Source: a virus | Lineage: Duplodnaviria > Heunggongvirae > Uroviricota > Caudoviricetes | Strand: one strand, 5' to 3' | IMG/VR virus record: IMGVR_UViG_2778261641_000006 | Coordinates: 1-14,407 of that record | Length of the DNA: 14,407 nt | In this document: piece by piece, positions 6,159 to 14,407 of the stretch | Numbering within the stretch: position 1 is the first letter of the stretch | Layout of the letters: every line of letters starts with the position of its first letter | Translations under genes and position numbers: made by a program | Notes under the pieces: generated by a model | The model's database searches: none | Told to the model about the DNA's origin: nothing | Seen by the model: only the letters and a program-made list of their open reading frames with translations

Positions 6159-6473
6159 ATGACTCAAAACTATGAACTGATTGTGAAAGGGATCCGCAAT
6201 TTTGAGAATAAAGTTACGGTAACTTTAGCGTTACGGGACAAAAAACGCTTTGACGGTGAAATTTTTGACCTGGACATCTCGCTGGACCGTGTTGAAGGTG
6301 CCGCGCTGGAGTTTTATGAAGCAGCAGCCAGAAGGAGCATCAGACAGGTCTTCCTGGATGTTGCTGCCGGGTTATGTGAAGGGGACGAGCTGTTGCCAGA
6401 AACGCGCCCCTGTTCAGAGGCGCGGTATACCATAAAAATTAACAGTTCTGATAACTCGATTACAGGTTGTTAG
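6159..6473 (+). CDS. Hypothetical protein between holin and endolysin (YdfR/DUF1327-like by position and size)
   Basis: 104-aa ORF in the same slot as ydfR (103 aa) between essQ and rrrQ in Qin. The family assignment is from synteny and memory, not motifs. Confidence 0.55.
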   Translation: MTQNYELIVKGIRNFENKVTVTLALRDKKRFDGEIFDLDISLDRVEGAALEFYEAAARRSIRQVFLDVAAGLCEGDELLPETRPCSEARYTIKINSSDNSITGC

Positions 6474-6528
6474 CTTTTTGCAGTTGGCTTTCCAGTATCT
6501 TTCATTGGTAGCATCCTGATAAATATCC

Positions 6529-7062
6529 ATGAGCGCAAAAATCAAATACGGCCTGTCAGCTGCTGTTCTGGCGCTGATTGCTGCAGGCGCGTCTGCTCCT
6601 CAAATACTTGACCAGTTTCTGGATGAAAAAGAGGGTAACCACACTACGGCATACCGCGATGGTTCCGGCATATGGACCATCTGCCGCGGTGCAACGATGG
6701 TGGATGGTAAGCCAGTCGTACCAGGAATGAAACTGTCGAAGGAAAAATGCGCTCAGGTTAATGCCATTGAGCGTGATAAGGCGCTGGCATGGGTGGAGCG
6801 CAATATAAAAGTTCCACTGACCGAGCCACAGAAAGCCGGTATCGCATCATTCTGTCCCTATAACATTGGCCCCGGTAAGTGTTTCCCGTCGACGTTTTAT
6901 AAGCGGCTGAATGCCGGTGATCGTAAGGGCGCATGCGAGGCGATTCGCTGGTGGATAAAAGATGGTGGGCGCGATTGCCGCATACGTTCAAATAACTGCT
7001 ATGGACAGGTTATTCGTCGTGACCAGGAAAGCGCATTAGCCTGTTGGGGGATAGATCAGTGA
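6529..7062 (+). CDS. R: SAR endolysin (T4-lysozyme-like muramidase, GH24; RrrQ/R21-type)
   Basis: 177 aa. N-terminal signal-anchor-release segment ([20 protein letters not shown]), then an E...D...T catalytic arrangement (EKEGN / YRDGSG / WTICRG). Pairs functionally with a pinholin. Confidence 0.85.
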   Translation: MSAKIKYGLSAAVLALIAAGASAPQILDQFLDEKEGNHTTAYRDGSGIWTICRGATMVDGKPVVPGMKLSKEKCAQVNAIERDKALAWVERNIKVPLTEPQKAGIASFCPYNIGPGKCFPSTFYKRLNAGDRKGACEAIRWWIKDGGRDCRIRSNNCYGQVIRRDQESALACWGIDQ

Positions 7063-7523
7063 GCAGAGTCGCCGCGATTATTTATGCTCTGGTTATTTGC
7101 ATCATCGTCTGCCTGTTGTGGGCGGTCAATCATTACCGTGATAACGCCATCGCCTACAAAGAACAGCGTGATAAAAAAGTCAGTGAGCTGAAGCAGGCGA
7201 TCGCCACCATCGCTGACATGCAGCAGCGTCAGCGTGATGTTGCTGCGCTCGATGCAAAGTACTCGAGAGAATTAGCCAATGCGAAAGCTGAAAATGAAAC
7301 TCTGCGCGCTGATGTTGCCGCTGGTCGTCGTCGGTTGCACATCAAAGCAGTCTGTCAGTCAGTGCGTGAAGCCACCACCGCCTCCGGCGTGGATAATGCA
7401 ACCAGCCCCCGACTGGCAGACACCGCTGAACGGGATTATTTCACCCTCAGAGAGCGGCTGATGACGATGCAGATGCAACTGGAAGGGGCACAGGAGTATA
7501 TCCGCACTCAGTGCATTAAGTAG
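7059..7523 (+). CDS. Rz: Rz (i-spanin)
   Basis: From GTG 7059 the product [31 protein letters not shown]... is very close to lambda Rz from memory. GGGGGA lies about 9 nt upstream. The track start at 7044 is a TTG. Confidence 0.85.
   Translation: MSRVAAIIYALVICIIVCLLWAVNHYRDNAIAYKEQRDKKVSELKQAIATIADMQQRQRDVAALDAKYSRELANAKAENETLRADVAAGRRRLHIKAVCQSVREATTASGVDNATSPRLADTAERDYFTLRERLMTMQMQLEGAQEYIRTQCIK
7279..7461 (+). CDS. Rz1: Rz1 (o-spanin lipoprotein), embedded in the +1 frame of Rz
   Basis: [42 protein letters not shown]... has the lipobox VVGC and proline-rich region, near-identical to lambda Rz1 from memory. Confidence 0.85.
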   Translation: MRKLKMKLCALMLPLVVVGCTSKQSVSQCVKPPPPPAWIMQPAPDWQTPLNGIISPSESG

Positions 7524-7565
7524 CCTTTTTATCGTGGTAAACATTTCGCAGGGTATGAGGTATTT

Positions 7566-7916
7566 ATGCCATCACGAATCCCACGCGCCTGCCGTAAGCG
7601 TGGATGTGCAGGTACAACCACAGACAGTTCTGGTTACTGCGATAAACATCGTGGCGAAGGATGGGTACAGCATCAACGCGGACTGAGCCGCCACCAGCGT
7701 GGCTATGGCTCGAAATGGGATGCCATACGTGCGCGCATACTGAAGCGTGATAATCATCTGTGTCAGAACTGCCTGCGCAATGGGAGAGCCGTTGAAGCTA
7801 GAACTGTGGACCACATCATTCCGAAAGCTCATGGTGGCACGGATGCAGACAGTAACCTGCAGAGTCTGTGCTGGCCCTGTCATAAAGCAAAAACAGCGCG
7901 CGAACGCATCAATTGA
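7566..7916 (+). CDS. HNH endonuclease, terminase-associated (HK97 gp74-like)
   Basis: N-terminal Cys cluster and C-terminal HNH motif (DHIIPKAHGG...NLQSLCWPCHKAK). Sits directly upstream of the small terminase, as in HK97-like phages. Confidence 0.85.
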   Translation: MPSRIPRACRKRGCAGTTTDSSGYCDKHRGEGWVQHQRGLSRHQRGYGSKWDAIRARILKRDNHLCQNCLRNGRAVEARTVDHIIPKAHGGTDADSNLQSLCWPCHKAKTARERIN

Positions 7917-8063
7917 TAACAGTTCCCATCTGTAGGGGAGGGGCGGGTCAAATCTCTGCAACCCTGGCTGCTCAGTACCGCCGCCTGACCCTTCCTCACA
8001 TCGCCGCAGGTTCGAAAACTTTTTTTTGGAATGTGATTGAATGATTGATAGGTAAAACCGATT
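7917..8063. other. Candidate cos/packaging-signal region between the HNH gene and terS
   Basis: Position only: in HK97 the cohesive-end site lies between the HNH gene and terS. Contains an imperfect inverted repeat (GGGCGGGTCA ... TGACCCTTCC) and a T8 run. The exact cos site is not identified. Confidence 0.25.
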
Positions 8064-8546
8064 ATGTCAGGACCCCCGAAAACCCCGCCACGCCTGCATT
8101 TGATACGAGGCAACCCCTCAAAGCGCCCCGTTAAAGACCCCAAAAAAACCGCTAAAAAGGATGAAAAAGGTCTCCCTAAAATTCCGCAACATTTAGGGGC
8201 ACAGGGGAAGTACTGGTTCAGGCGAATGGCGGAAGAGCTGAATGCGGAAGGGATCATTTCTCAGCTTGATGCGCGTGCACTCGAGTTGCTGGTGGAAGCC
8301 TACACCGAATATCGGCATCACTGCGAAACACTGGATGTTGAGGGGTATACCTACCGCACGGAAACGCAGAGCGGTGATGTACTGATTAAGGCGCACCCCG
8401 CGGCGGCAATGAAAGCGGATGCCTGGAAGCGGATCCGGGCAATGCTTGCAGAGTTTGGTATGTCACCGGCAAGCCGGGCTAAAGTAAATATCGCCGGACC
8501 GGATGATGTTGATCCGCTGGCGGAGCTTTTAAAAGCGAGAGACTGA
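8064..8546 (+). CDS. Terminase small subunit (P27/HK97-type)
   Basis: 160 aa with a basic N-terminus; position and size fit TerS. Stop overlaps the terL start (TGATG). Confidence 0.8.
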   Translation: MSGPPKTPPRLHLIRGNPSKRPVKDPKKTAKKDEKGLPKIPQHLGAQGKYWFRRMAEELNAEGIISQLDARALELLVEAYTEYRHHCETLDVEGYTYRTETQSGDVLIKAHPAAAMKADAWKRIRAMLAEFGMSPASRAKVNIAGPDDVDPLAELLKARD

Positions 8547-10303
8547 TGGCAAAAGTGGCTGACGGGATCCGCTACGCCGAACGTGTTGTTGCAGGAGAAA
8601 TTGTTGCTGGCGAATTTGTCCGCCTGGCCTGCCAGCGTTTTCTTGATGATCTGAAGTTCGGCGAAGAGCGGGGGATTTATTTCAGTGAACCCCGTGCGCA
8701 GCACATCCTGAATTTCTACAAATTTGTACCTCATGTAAAAGGGGCGCTAGCAGGCCAGCCCATTGACTTGATGGACTGGCATGTATTTATCCTCATTAAT
8801 ATTTTTGGTTTTGTCATTCCGCTGGTCAATGAAGAGACCGGGGAAGTTGTCATGCGCAGCGATGGCAGCGGACGTCCGGTGATGGTGCGCCGGTTCCGGA
8901 CGGCGTACAACGAAGTCGCCCGTAAAAACGCAAAATCAACTCTGTCATCGGGTATCGGCCTGTATATGACGGGGGCAGATGGTGAAGGCGGAGCTGAGGT
9001 GTATTCAGCCGCAACCACGCGTGACCAGGCCAGAATCGTGTTTGAAGACGCCAAAAATATGGTAAGAAAAGCCCGGTCGACACTCGGGCGGTTGTTTGAT
9101 TTCAACAAGCTGGCGATTTACCAGGAGCAGAGCGCATCAAAATTTGAACCGCTTTCTTCGGATGCAAACAACCTGGATGGTCTGAACATCCACTGCGCCA
9201 TTATTGATGAGCTGCATGCACATAAAACACGTGACGTGTGGGACGTTCTGGAAACGGCAACCGGTGCCCGTCTGCAGTCCCTTTTATTTGGTATCACCAC
9301 GGCAGGGTTTAACAAGGAAGGGATTTGTTACGAGCAGCGTGATTACGCCATCAAGGTATTGCGTGGCTATAACAGCGACGTGGAGGGCGCGGTAAAAGAC
9401 GACTCCTACTTTGCGATTATTTACACCCTCGATGAGGGAGATGATCCGTTTGATGAAACGGTCTGGCAGAAAGCGAATCCCGGCCTGGGCATCTGTAAAC
9501 GCTGGGATGATCTGCGTCGCCTGGCGAAAAAAGCGAAAGAACAGGTCTCTGCGCGGGTGAATTTTTTTACCAAACACATGAATGTGTGGGTAACAGCAGA
9601 GTCTGCCTGGATGGACATGATTAAGTGGGAGAAGTGCGAATACATTGCCCCACGACATGAGCTGAAAACGTATCCCATGTGGGTCGGCGTTGACCTTGCT
9701 CATAAGATTGATATCTGTGCGGCGGCAAAACTCTGGCGAACGGATAACGGGCATGTTCATGCCGATTTTAAATTCTGGCTTCCGGAAGGACGGCTGGAAC
9801 GATGCTCGCGGCAGCAGGCAGAACTTTACCGGAAGTGGGCGGAGATGGATAAGCTGATTCTGACGGATGGTGATGTTATCGATCATGCTCAGATAAAAAG
9901 TGACTTACTGGAATGGATTGGTGGTGAAAACCTCAGGGAACTGGGATTTGACCCGTGGAGCGCGATGCAGTTCAGCCTGGCACTGGCTGAAGAAGGGATA
10001 CCGCTGGTGGAGGTTCCGCAGACGGTTCGCAATCTGTCAGAGGCCATGAAGGAAACGGAATCACTGGTCTATGCCGGGCGTTTCCATCACAGCAATCATC
10101 CGGTCATGAACTGGATGATGTCTAACGTTACGGTAAAACCGGACAAAAACGACAATATCTTCCCGAATAAATCCACGCTGGAAGCCAAAATCGACGGCCC
10201 TGTTGCGATGTTTACAGCAATGAGCCGGATGCTGGTCAATGGTGGTGAACCGGAGCTGGATCTGTCTGAACATCTGGTCAGCGTGGGCATCCGCTCGCTT
10301 TAA
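8546..10303 (+). CDS. Terminase large subunit (HK97 Terminase_1 family)
   Basis: 585 aa. An N-terminal ATPase region with a Walker A-like GADGEGG segment and a Walker B-like IIDE segment, followed by a C-terminal nuclease region; typical length and position. Confidence 0.9.
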   Translation: MAKVADGIRYAERVVAGEIVAGEFVRLACQRFLDDLKFGEERGIYFSEPRAQHILNFYKFVPHVKGALAGQPIDLMDWHVFILINIFGFVIPLVNEETGEVVMRSDGSGRPVMVRRFRTAYNEVARKNAKSTLSSGIGLYMTGADGEGGAEVYSAATTRDQARIVFEDAKNMVRKARSTLGRLFDFNKLAIYQEQSASKFEPLSSDANNLDGLNIHCAIIDELHAHKTRDVWDVLETATGARLQSLLFGITTAGFNKEGICYEQRDYAIKVLRGYNSDVEGAVKDDSYFAIIYTLDEGDDPFDETVWQKANPGLGICKRWDDLRRLAKKAKEQVSARVNFFTKHMNVWVTAESAWMDMIKWEKCEYIAPRHELKTYPMWVGVDLAHKIDICAAAKLWRTDNGHVHADFKFWLPEGRLERCSRQQAELYRKWAEMDKLILTDGDVIDHAQIKSDLLEWIGGENLRELGFDPWSAMQFSLALAEEGIPLVEVPQTVRNLSEAMKETESLVYAGRFHHSNHPVMNWMMSNVTVKPDKNDNIFPNKSTLEAKIDGPVAMFTAMSRMLVNGGEPELDLSEHLVSVGIRSL

Positions 10304-10314
10304 CCGAGGTCATT

Positions 10315-10497
10315 ATGTTTCTGATAATTCTCGCGCCACTGGTGGGCGTGCTGGGTGCGCTTTTGCTGGCGTATGGTGCCTGGCTGATTTATCCCCCGGC
10401 GGGTTTTGTTGTTGCCGGGGTGCTGTGCCTGTTCTGGTCGTGGCTGGTGGCGCGATATCTCGACCGTACACAGCCGTCTGTCGGCGGAGGTAAATAG
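10315..10497 (+). CDS. Small predicted 2-TM membrane protein (60 aa) inserted between terL and portal
   Basis: ORF track. GAGG 5 nt upstream of ATG. Two hydrophobic segments. Its stop overlaps the portal GTG. Canonical HK97-type modules have no gene here. Confidence 0.45.
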   Translation: MFLIILAPLVGVLGALLLAYGAWLIYPPAGFVVAGVLCLFWSWLVARYLDRTQPSVGGGK

Positions 10498-11738
10498 TGT
10501 TCTTTTCGGGATTATTTCAACGAAAAAGTGACGCACCGGTGACCACGCCAGCAGAGCTGGCGGATGCTATCGGGTTGTCCTACGACACCTATACCGGAAA
10601 GCAGATCAGCAGCCAGCGGGCCATGCGACTGACGGCGGTTTTTTCCTGTGTCAGGGTGCTGGCGGAGTCGGTCGGGATGTTGCCCTGCAACCTGTATCAC
10701 CTGAACGGCAGCCTGAAGCAGAGAGCCACTGGCGAACGTCTGCATAAGCTGATCTCCACGCATCCCAATGGCTATATGACGCCGCAGGAGTTCTGGGAGC
10801 TGGTGGTCACCTGTCTGTGCCTGCGGGGAAACTTTTACGCCTACAAAGTGAAAGCATTTGGCGAAGTGGCTGAACTGCTGCCCGTCGATCCCGGCTGTGT
10901 GGTACCGAAGCTTAACAGTAGCTGGGAGCCGGTCTATCAGGTCACATTCCCGGATGGCTCCACGGATGTACTGAGCCAGGAGGATATCTGGCATGTGCGC
11001 ACGCTGACGCTGGACGGACTGGTGGGGCTGAATCCCATCGCCTATGCCCGCGAGGCAATATCGCTGGCGGCAGCGACCGAAGAGCACGGGGCCAGACTGT
11101 TCAGCAATGGCGCGGTGACGTCGGGTGTGTTGCGTACAGAGCAGACGCTGTCAGATCAGGCTTATGAGCGCCTGAAGAAAGATTTTGAGGAGCGTCACAC
11201 CGGGCTTGGCAATGCTCACCGCCCGATGATCCTTGAGATGGGGCTGGACTGGAAGTCGATGGCGCTGAACGCCGAGGACAGCCAGTTCCTGGAAACCCGC
11301 AAGTTTCAGCTTGAAGAAATCTGTCGTCTGTTCCGGGTGCCGTTGCACATGGTGCAGAACACCGATCGCGCCACCTTCAACAATATCGAAGAGCTGGGGC
11401 TGGGATTTATCAACTATTCACTGGTGCCGTATCTGACCCGCATCGAACAGCGGATCAACACCGGACTGGTACGAAAAAGTAAGCAGGGCGTTTATTACGC
11501 CAAATTTAATGCCGGGGCGTTACTGCGCGGGGATATGAAGTCCCGTTTTGAAGCCTACGCCACCGGGATCAACTGGGGAATTTACTCTCCCAATGACTGC
11601 CGCGACCTGGAAGATATGAATCCGCGTCCCGGTGGTGATGTCTATCTCACACCGATGAACATGACCACGAAACCCTCCGATGGCAGTAAAGCCGGTAAGC
11701 AGAAGGATAACGCCAATGCAGACGAAACAACGTCTTGA
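10497..11738 (+). CDS. Portal protein (HK97 family)
   Basis: 413 aa; position after terL and composition fit portal. GTG start at 10497 with GGCGGAGG upstream. Confidence 0.85.
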   Translation: MFFSGLFQRKSDAPVTTPAELADAIGLSYDTYTGKQISSQRAMRLTAVFSCVRVLAESVGMLPCNLYHLNGSLKQRATGERLHKLISTHPNGYMTPQEFWELVVTCLCLRGNFYAYKVKAFGEVAELLPVDPGCVVPKLNSSWEPVYQVTFPDGSTDVLSQEDIWHVRTLTLDGLVGLNPIAYAREAISLAAATEEHGARLFSNGAVTSGVLRTEQTLSDQAYERLKKDFEERHTGLGNAHRPMILEMGLDWKSMALNAEDSQFLETRKFQLEEICRLFRVPLHMVQNTDRATFNNIEELGLGFINYSLVPYLTRIEQRINTGLVRKSKQGVYYAKFNAGALLRGDMKSRFEAYATGINWGIYSPNDCRDLEDMNPRPGGDVYLTPMNMTTKPSDGSKAGKQKDNANADETTS

Positions 11739-12366
11739 TGTACCGCTGAGTCTGAAATCTGTCAGTGACTCCGGTGAGTTTGAAGGGTATGGCTCCGTCT
11801 TTGGTGTAAAGGACAGCCACGATGATGTGGTGATGTCCGGGGCATTTGCTGCTTCCCTGCGGGCGTGGAGTGACAGAAAAGCGTTACCTGCGCTGCTCTG
11901 GCAGCACCGCATGGATGAACCCATCGGTGTTTACACCGAAATGAAGGAAGACGATGTCGGGCTTTACGTCAGGGGACGGTTGCTTATTGATGATGATCCC
12001 CTCGCAAAACGCGCACATGCACACATGAAGGCCGGTTCGTTAACCGGCCTTTCTATTGGGTACGTCCTGAAGGACTGGGAATACGACCGGAGCAAAGAAG
12101 CCTTTCTGCTGAAAGAAATCGACCTCTGGGAAGTCAGCCTGGTGACGTTCCCGTCTAACGACGAGGCGCGGATCAGCGACGTCAAGAACGCACTGGCCCG
12201 CGGGGAAATCCCCGAACAGAAAAAAATCGAAAGAGTCCTGCGTGATGTCGGACTCTCCCGTACCCAGGCCAAAGCATTCATGGCCGGGGGCTATGGCGCA
12301 CTGTCCCTGCGCGACGCTGAGGATGTGGGCTCTGCACTGAATGCACTGAAAAATCTGAACTTCTAA
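11716..12366 (+). CDS. Prohead maturation protease (HK97 gp4-like, S78 family)
   Basis: ATG 11716 has AAGGA 8 nt upstream; the in-frame ATG at 11680 is an alternative. Size and position between portal and capsid fit the HK97 protease. Confidence 0.85.
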   Translation: MQTKQRLDVPLSLKSVSDSGEFEGYGSVFGVKDSHDDVVMSGAFAASLRAWSDRKALPALLWQHRMDEPIGVYTEMKEDDVGLYVRGRLLIDDDPLAKRAHAHMKAGSLTGLSIGYVLKDWEYDRSKEAFLLKEIDLWEVSLVTFPSNDEARISDVKNALARGEIPEQKKIERVLRDVGLSRTQAKAFMAGGYGALSLRDAEDVGSALNALKNLNF

Positions 12367-12380
12367 TCAGGAGAAATACG

Positions 12381-13586
12381 ATGGCGGTTGATATTAAAGA
12401 TGTCGAACAGGTCGCGCAGGAGCTGCAGCAGAAGTTTGACGACTTCAAAGCAAAGAACGACAAGCGCGTGGATGCGATTGAGCAGGAAAAAGGCAAACTT
12501 GCCGGGCAGGTGGAAACCCTGAACGGGAAACTCAGCGAGCTGGAAAACCTCAAAAGCGATCTTGAAAAAGAGCTGCTTGAGCTGAAACGTCCGGCAGGTG
12601 GTGCGCAAAATAAACTGGCCACCGAGCATAAAGAAGCGTTTGTGGGCTTCCTGCGTAAAGGCCGTGAAGATGGTCTGCGCGATCTGGAGCGCAAGGCATT
12701 ACAGGTGGGCACCGATGAAGACGGCGGCTATGCCGTGCCGGAAGCACTGGATCGCAACATTCTCACCCTGCTGAAAGATGAAGTGGTGATGCGCCAGGAA
12801 GCCACGGTGATCAGCGTTGGTGGTTCCGACTACAAAAAACTGGTGAATCTGGGCGGCACGGCTTCCGGATGGGTTGGCGAGACTGACGCGCGCTCCCAGA
12901 CTGCCACCTCAAAACTGGGCCTGATTGAACCTTTCATGGGGGAAATCTACGGTAACCCGCAGGCCACCCAGAAAATGCTGGATGATGCCTTTTTCAACGT
13001 GGAAGCATGGATCAACAGCGAGCTGGCAACCGAATTTGCCGAACAGGAAGAAATTGCCTTTACCACCGGCGATGGTACCAAGAAGCCGAAAGGGTTCCTG
13101 GCGTATGAGTCCACGGATGAAACAGACAAGGTCCGGGCGTTCGGCAAACTTCAGCATATTGTATCCGGCGAAGCGACGGCGGTGACCGCAGATGCCATTA
13201 TCAAACTGATTTACACGCTGCGTAAGGCACACCGCACTGGCGCGAAGTTCATGATGAACAACAACAGTCTGTTTGCCATCCGTCTGCTGAAAGACAGTGA
13301 GGGTAACTATCTGTGGCGTCCGGGGCTGGAGCTGGGGCAGCCGTCCTCTCTGGCGGGTTACGCTATCGCTGAAAACGAACAGATGCCGGATATTGCCGCT
13401 GATGCGAAAGCCATTGCATTTGGTAACTTCAAACGGGGTTACACCATCGTTGACCGTATCGGTACCCGCATTCTGCGTGACCCGTACACCAATAAACCGT
13501 TTGTCGGTTTTTATACCACCAAGCGCACCGGCGGCATGCTGGTCGATTCGCAGGCCATCAAACTGCTGAAGATTGCAGCGGCGTAA
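12381..13586 (+). CDS. Major capsid protein, HK97 fold, with N-terminal coiled-coil delta (scaffolding) domain
   Basis: 401 aa. The first 100 or so residues are a K/E/L-rich coiled coil, followed by a conserved capsid body. RBS AGGAGA. Confidence 0.9.
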   Translation: MAVDIKDVEQVAQELQQKFDDFKAKNDKRVDAIEQEKGKLAGQVETLNGKLSELENLKSDLEKELLELKRPAGGAQNKLATEHKEAFVGFLRKGREDGLRDLERKALQVGTDEDGGYAVPEALDRNILTLLKDEVVMRQEATVISVGGSDYKKLVNLGGTASGWVGETDARSQTATSKLGLIEPFMGEIYGNPQATQKMLDDAFFNVEAWINSELATEFAEQEEIAFTTGDGTKKPKGFLAYESTDETDKVRAFGKLQHIVSGEATAVTADAIIKLIYTLRKAHRTGAKFMMNNNSLFAIRLLKDSEGNYLWRPGLELGQPSSLAGYAIAENEQMPDIAADAKAIAFGNFKRGYTIVDRIGTRILRDPYTNKPFVGFYTTKRTGGMLVDSQAIKLLKIAAA

Positions 13587-13593
13587 TCATTCA

Positions 13594-13622
13594 GGGGGCG
13601 CAGAAGTGCGCCCCCTGTTCTG
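13594..13622 (+). terminator. 9-bp GC hairpin (GGGGGCGCA-GAAG-TGCGCCCCC) after the capsid gene, with a weak T-tract; partial terminator or mRNA stabiliser
   Basis: Read directly. The downstream TGTTCTG is U-poor, so termination is probably leaky. Confidence 0.45.
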
Positions 13623-13637
13623 ACAGGTGAAAGAATC

Positions 13638-13826
13638 ATGATCCTGAAACAAGATCTGAAATGGTCACCGGACGGTATGCGTGTTGAGATTATTCGGGCC
13701 GGTGAGTATGAAGATAAAGAATTACCCAAACGGGTACGCGAAATTGCCACTGCAGCTGGGATTGTCTCTGATAAGAGAACACCTGTTGCGCGGGGGGCTG
13801 ATAAGTCTAAAAAACAGCATTCATAG
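13638..13826 (+). CDS. Small hypothetical protein (62 aa) between capsid and head-tail connector
   Basis: ORF track; AGGTGA upstream; charged and hydrophilic. No recognisable motif. Confidence 0.35.
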   Translation: MILKQDLKWSPDGMRVEIIRAGEYEDKELPKRVREIATAAGIVSDKRTPVARGADKSKKQHS

Positions 13827-13837
13827 AGGTTGCCCAA

Positions 13838-14143
13838 ATGATGCCCACTCTGGAAGAGCTTCGTGTTCAGTGCCGGATTGATGATGACAATGAACAGGAG
13901 AATTCTCTTCTTATGATGTATCTGGCTGCTGCCAGGGAAGAGGCTGAAAAGTTTTTAAACCGGACGCTTTACGATGAAACTGTTTCTGAGCAGGATACGA
14001 CCGGGATTGTAATAACACCTCTGATAAAACTGCGTCTTATGCAACTGGTTGGCTACTGGTACGAGAACAGGGAAATGCAGGATGCAGTGCCTGATTTTTT
14101 CTATACCGGACTGCGGATGTATCGATTTCATCCCGGAACATAG
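13838..14143 (+). CDS. Head-tail connector (gp6-like, DNA-packaging/head-completion family)
   Basis: The N-terminus MMPTLEELRVQCRIDDDNEQENSLLMMYLAAAREEAE follows the typical gp6-like connector pattern, and it sits directly after the capsid gene. Confidence 0.7.
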   Translation: MMPTLEELRVQCRIDDDNEQENSLLMMYLAAAREEAEKFLNRTLYDETVSEQDTTGIVITPLIKLRLMQLVGYWYENREMQDAVPDFFYTGLRMYRFHPGT

Positions 14144-14151
14144 GAGGATTC

Positions 14152-14329
14152 ATGCAGGCAGGAAGATTACGTGATCGTGTGGTTATTCTGAATGCCACCA
14201 CCGTTCGGTCTCCGTCAGGGCACCCTGTGGAAACAATGACGGAGGGGGCAACCATATGGGCAGAAGTTAAGGGGATCAGTGGCAGGGAGAGAATATCCGG
14301 AGGCGCAGAAACTGCTCAGGCTACAGTGA
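14152..14329 (+). pseudogene. Head-closure/head-tail adaptor gene, truncated after about 59 codons by an IS insertion
   Basis: MQAGRLRDRVVILNATTV...WAEVKGISGRE matches the N-terminus of head-tail joining proteins, which are usually about 110 aa. The track ORF continues into the IS end and stops at 14346. Confidence 0.6.
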
Positions 14330-14407
14330 GTAGACTGGCCCCCTGAATCTCCAGACAACCAATATCACTTAAATAAGTGATAGTCTTAATACTAGTTTTT
14401 AGACTAG
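14330..14407 (+). mobile_element. Left end of insertion sequence IS2 (IS3 family), partial; runs off the right edge
   Basis: TAGACTGGCCCCCTGAATCTCCAGACAACCAATATCACTTAAATAAGTGATAGTCTTAATACTAGTTTTTAGACTAG matches my recollection of the IS2 terminal inverted repeat and leader upstream of insC. Identified from memory only. Confidence 0.6.

Noticed and set aside
7279-7461. The Rz1 frame as a spurious overlapping ORF
   Set aside because: Not rejected as a gene: the embedded frame has a lipobox and a proline-rich segment matching Rz1, so it is kept despite lying wholly inside Rz.
9284-9886. 200-aa minus-strand ORF inside terL
   Set aside because: It lies entirely antisense to the large terminase with no RBS or promoter context, so it is a shadow ORF. 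The same reasoning applies to the other minus-strand ORFs in the track (e.g. 235-567, 3599-4015, 7572-7961, 7880-8257, 8351-8734, 10512-11087, 11520-11924, 12278-12712, 13511-13837).

Overview
The window reads as one co-directional (+ strand) stretch of a mosaic lambdoid prophage of an enterobacterial host, close in layout to the E. coli Qin/DLP12 cryptic prophages. All identifications are from reading translated ORFs, motifs and memory; no searches were run. Left to right: (1) an operon of five small, translationally coupled genes of unknown function, two of them strongly acidic; (2) a hok/gef-family type I toxin locus with its own promoter, leader and terminator; (3) a lipoprotein moron between two related terminator hairpins; (4) a small basic protein, a DUF968/YdfU-like protein with a C-terminal HNH-like motif, the RusA Holliday-junction resolvase and a Q-like late antiterminator; (5) a candidate late promoter and terminator, then four phage-borne tRNAs (CAT, an unusual UUU-type, TGT, TCC) and about 200 nt of structured non-coding DNA; (6) a lysis cassette: S21-type pinholin with dual start, a YdfR-like ORF, a SAR endolysin, and Rz with embedded Rz1; (7) an HK97-type packaging and head module: HNH endonuclease, small and large terminase, a small 2-TM ORF, portal, prohead protease, major capsid protein, head-tail connector. 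The head-closure gene is cut after about 59 codons by what I recognise as the left end of IS2, which runs off the window, so the prophage is probably defective. I see no CRISPR array, integrase, attachment site or known defence system. The strongest candidates for something undescribed are the acidic small-protein operon (159-1552), the non-canonical Lys-like tRNA, and the structured non-coding block at 5647-5880 in the slot where Stx phages carry stx.
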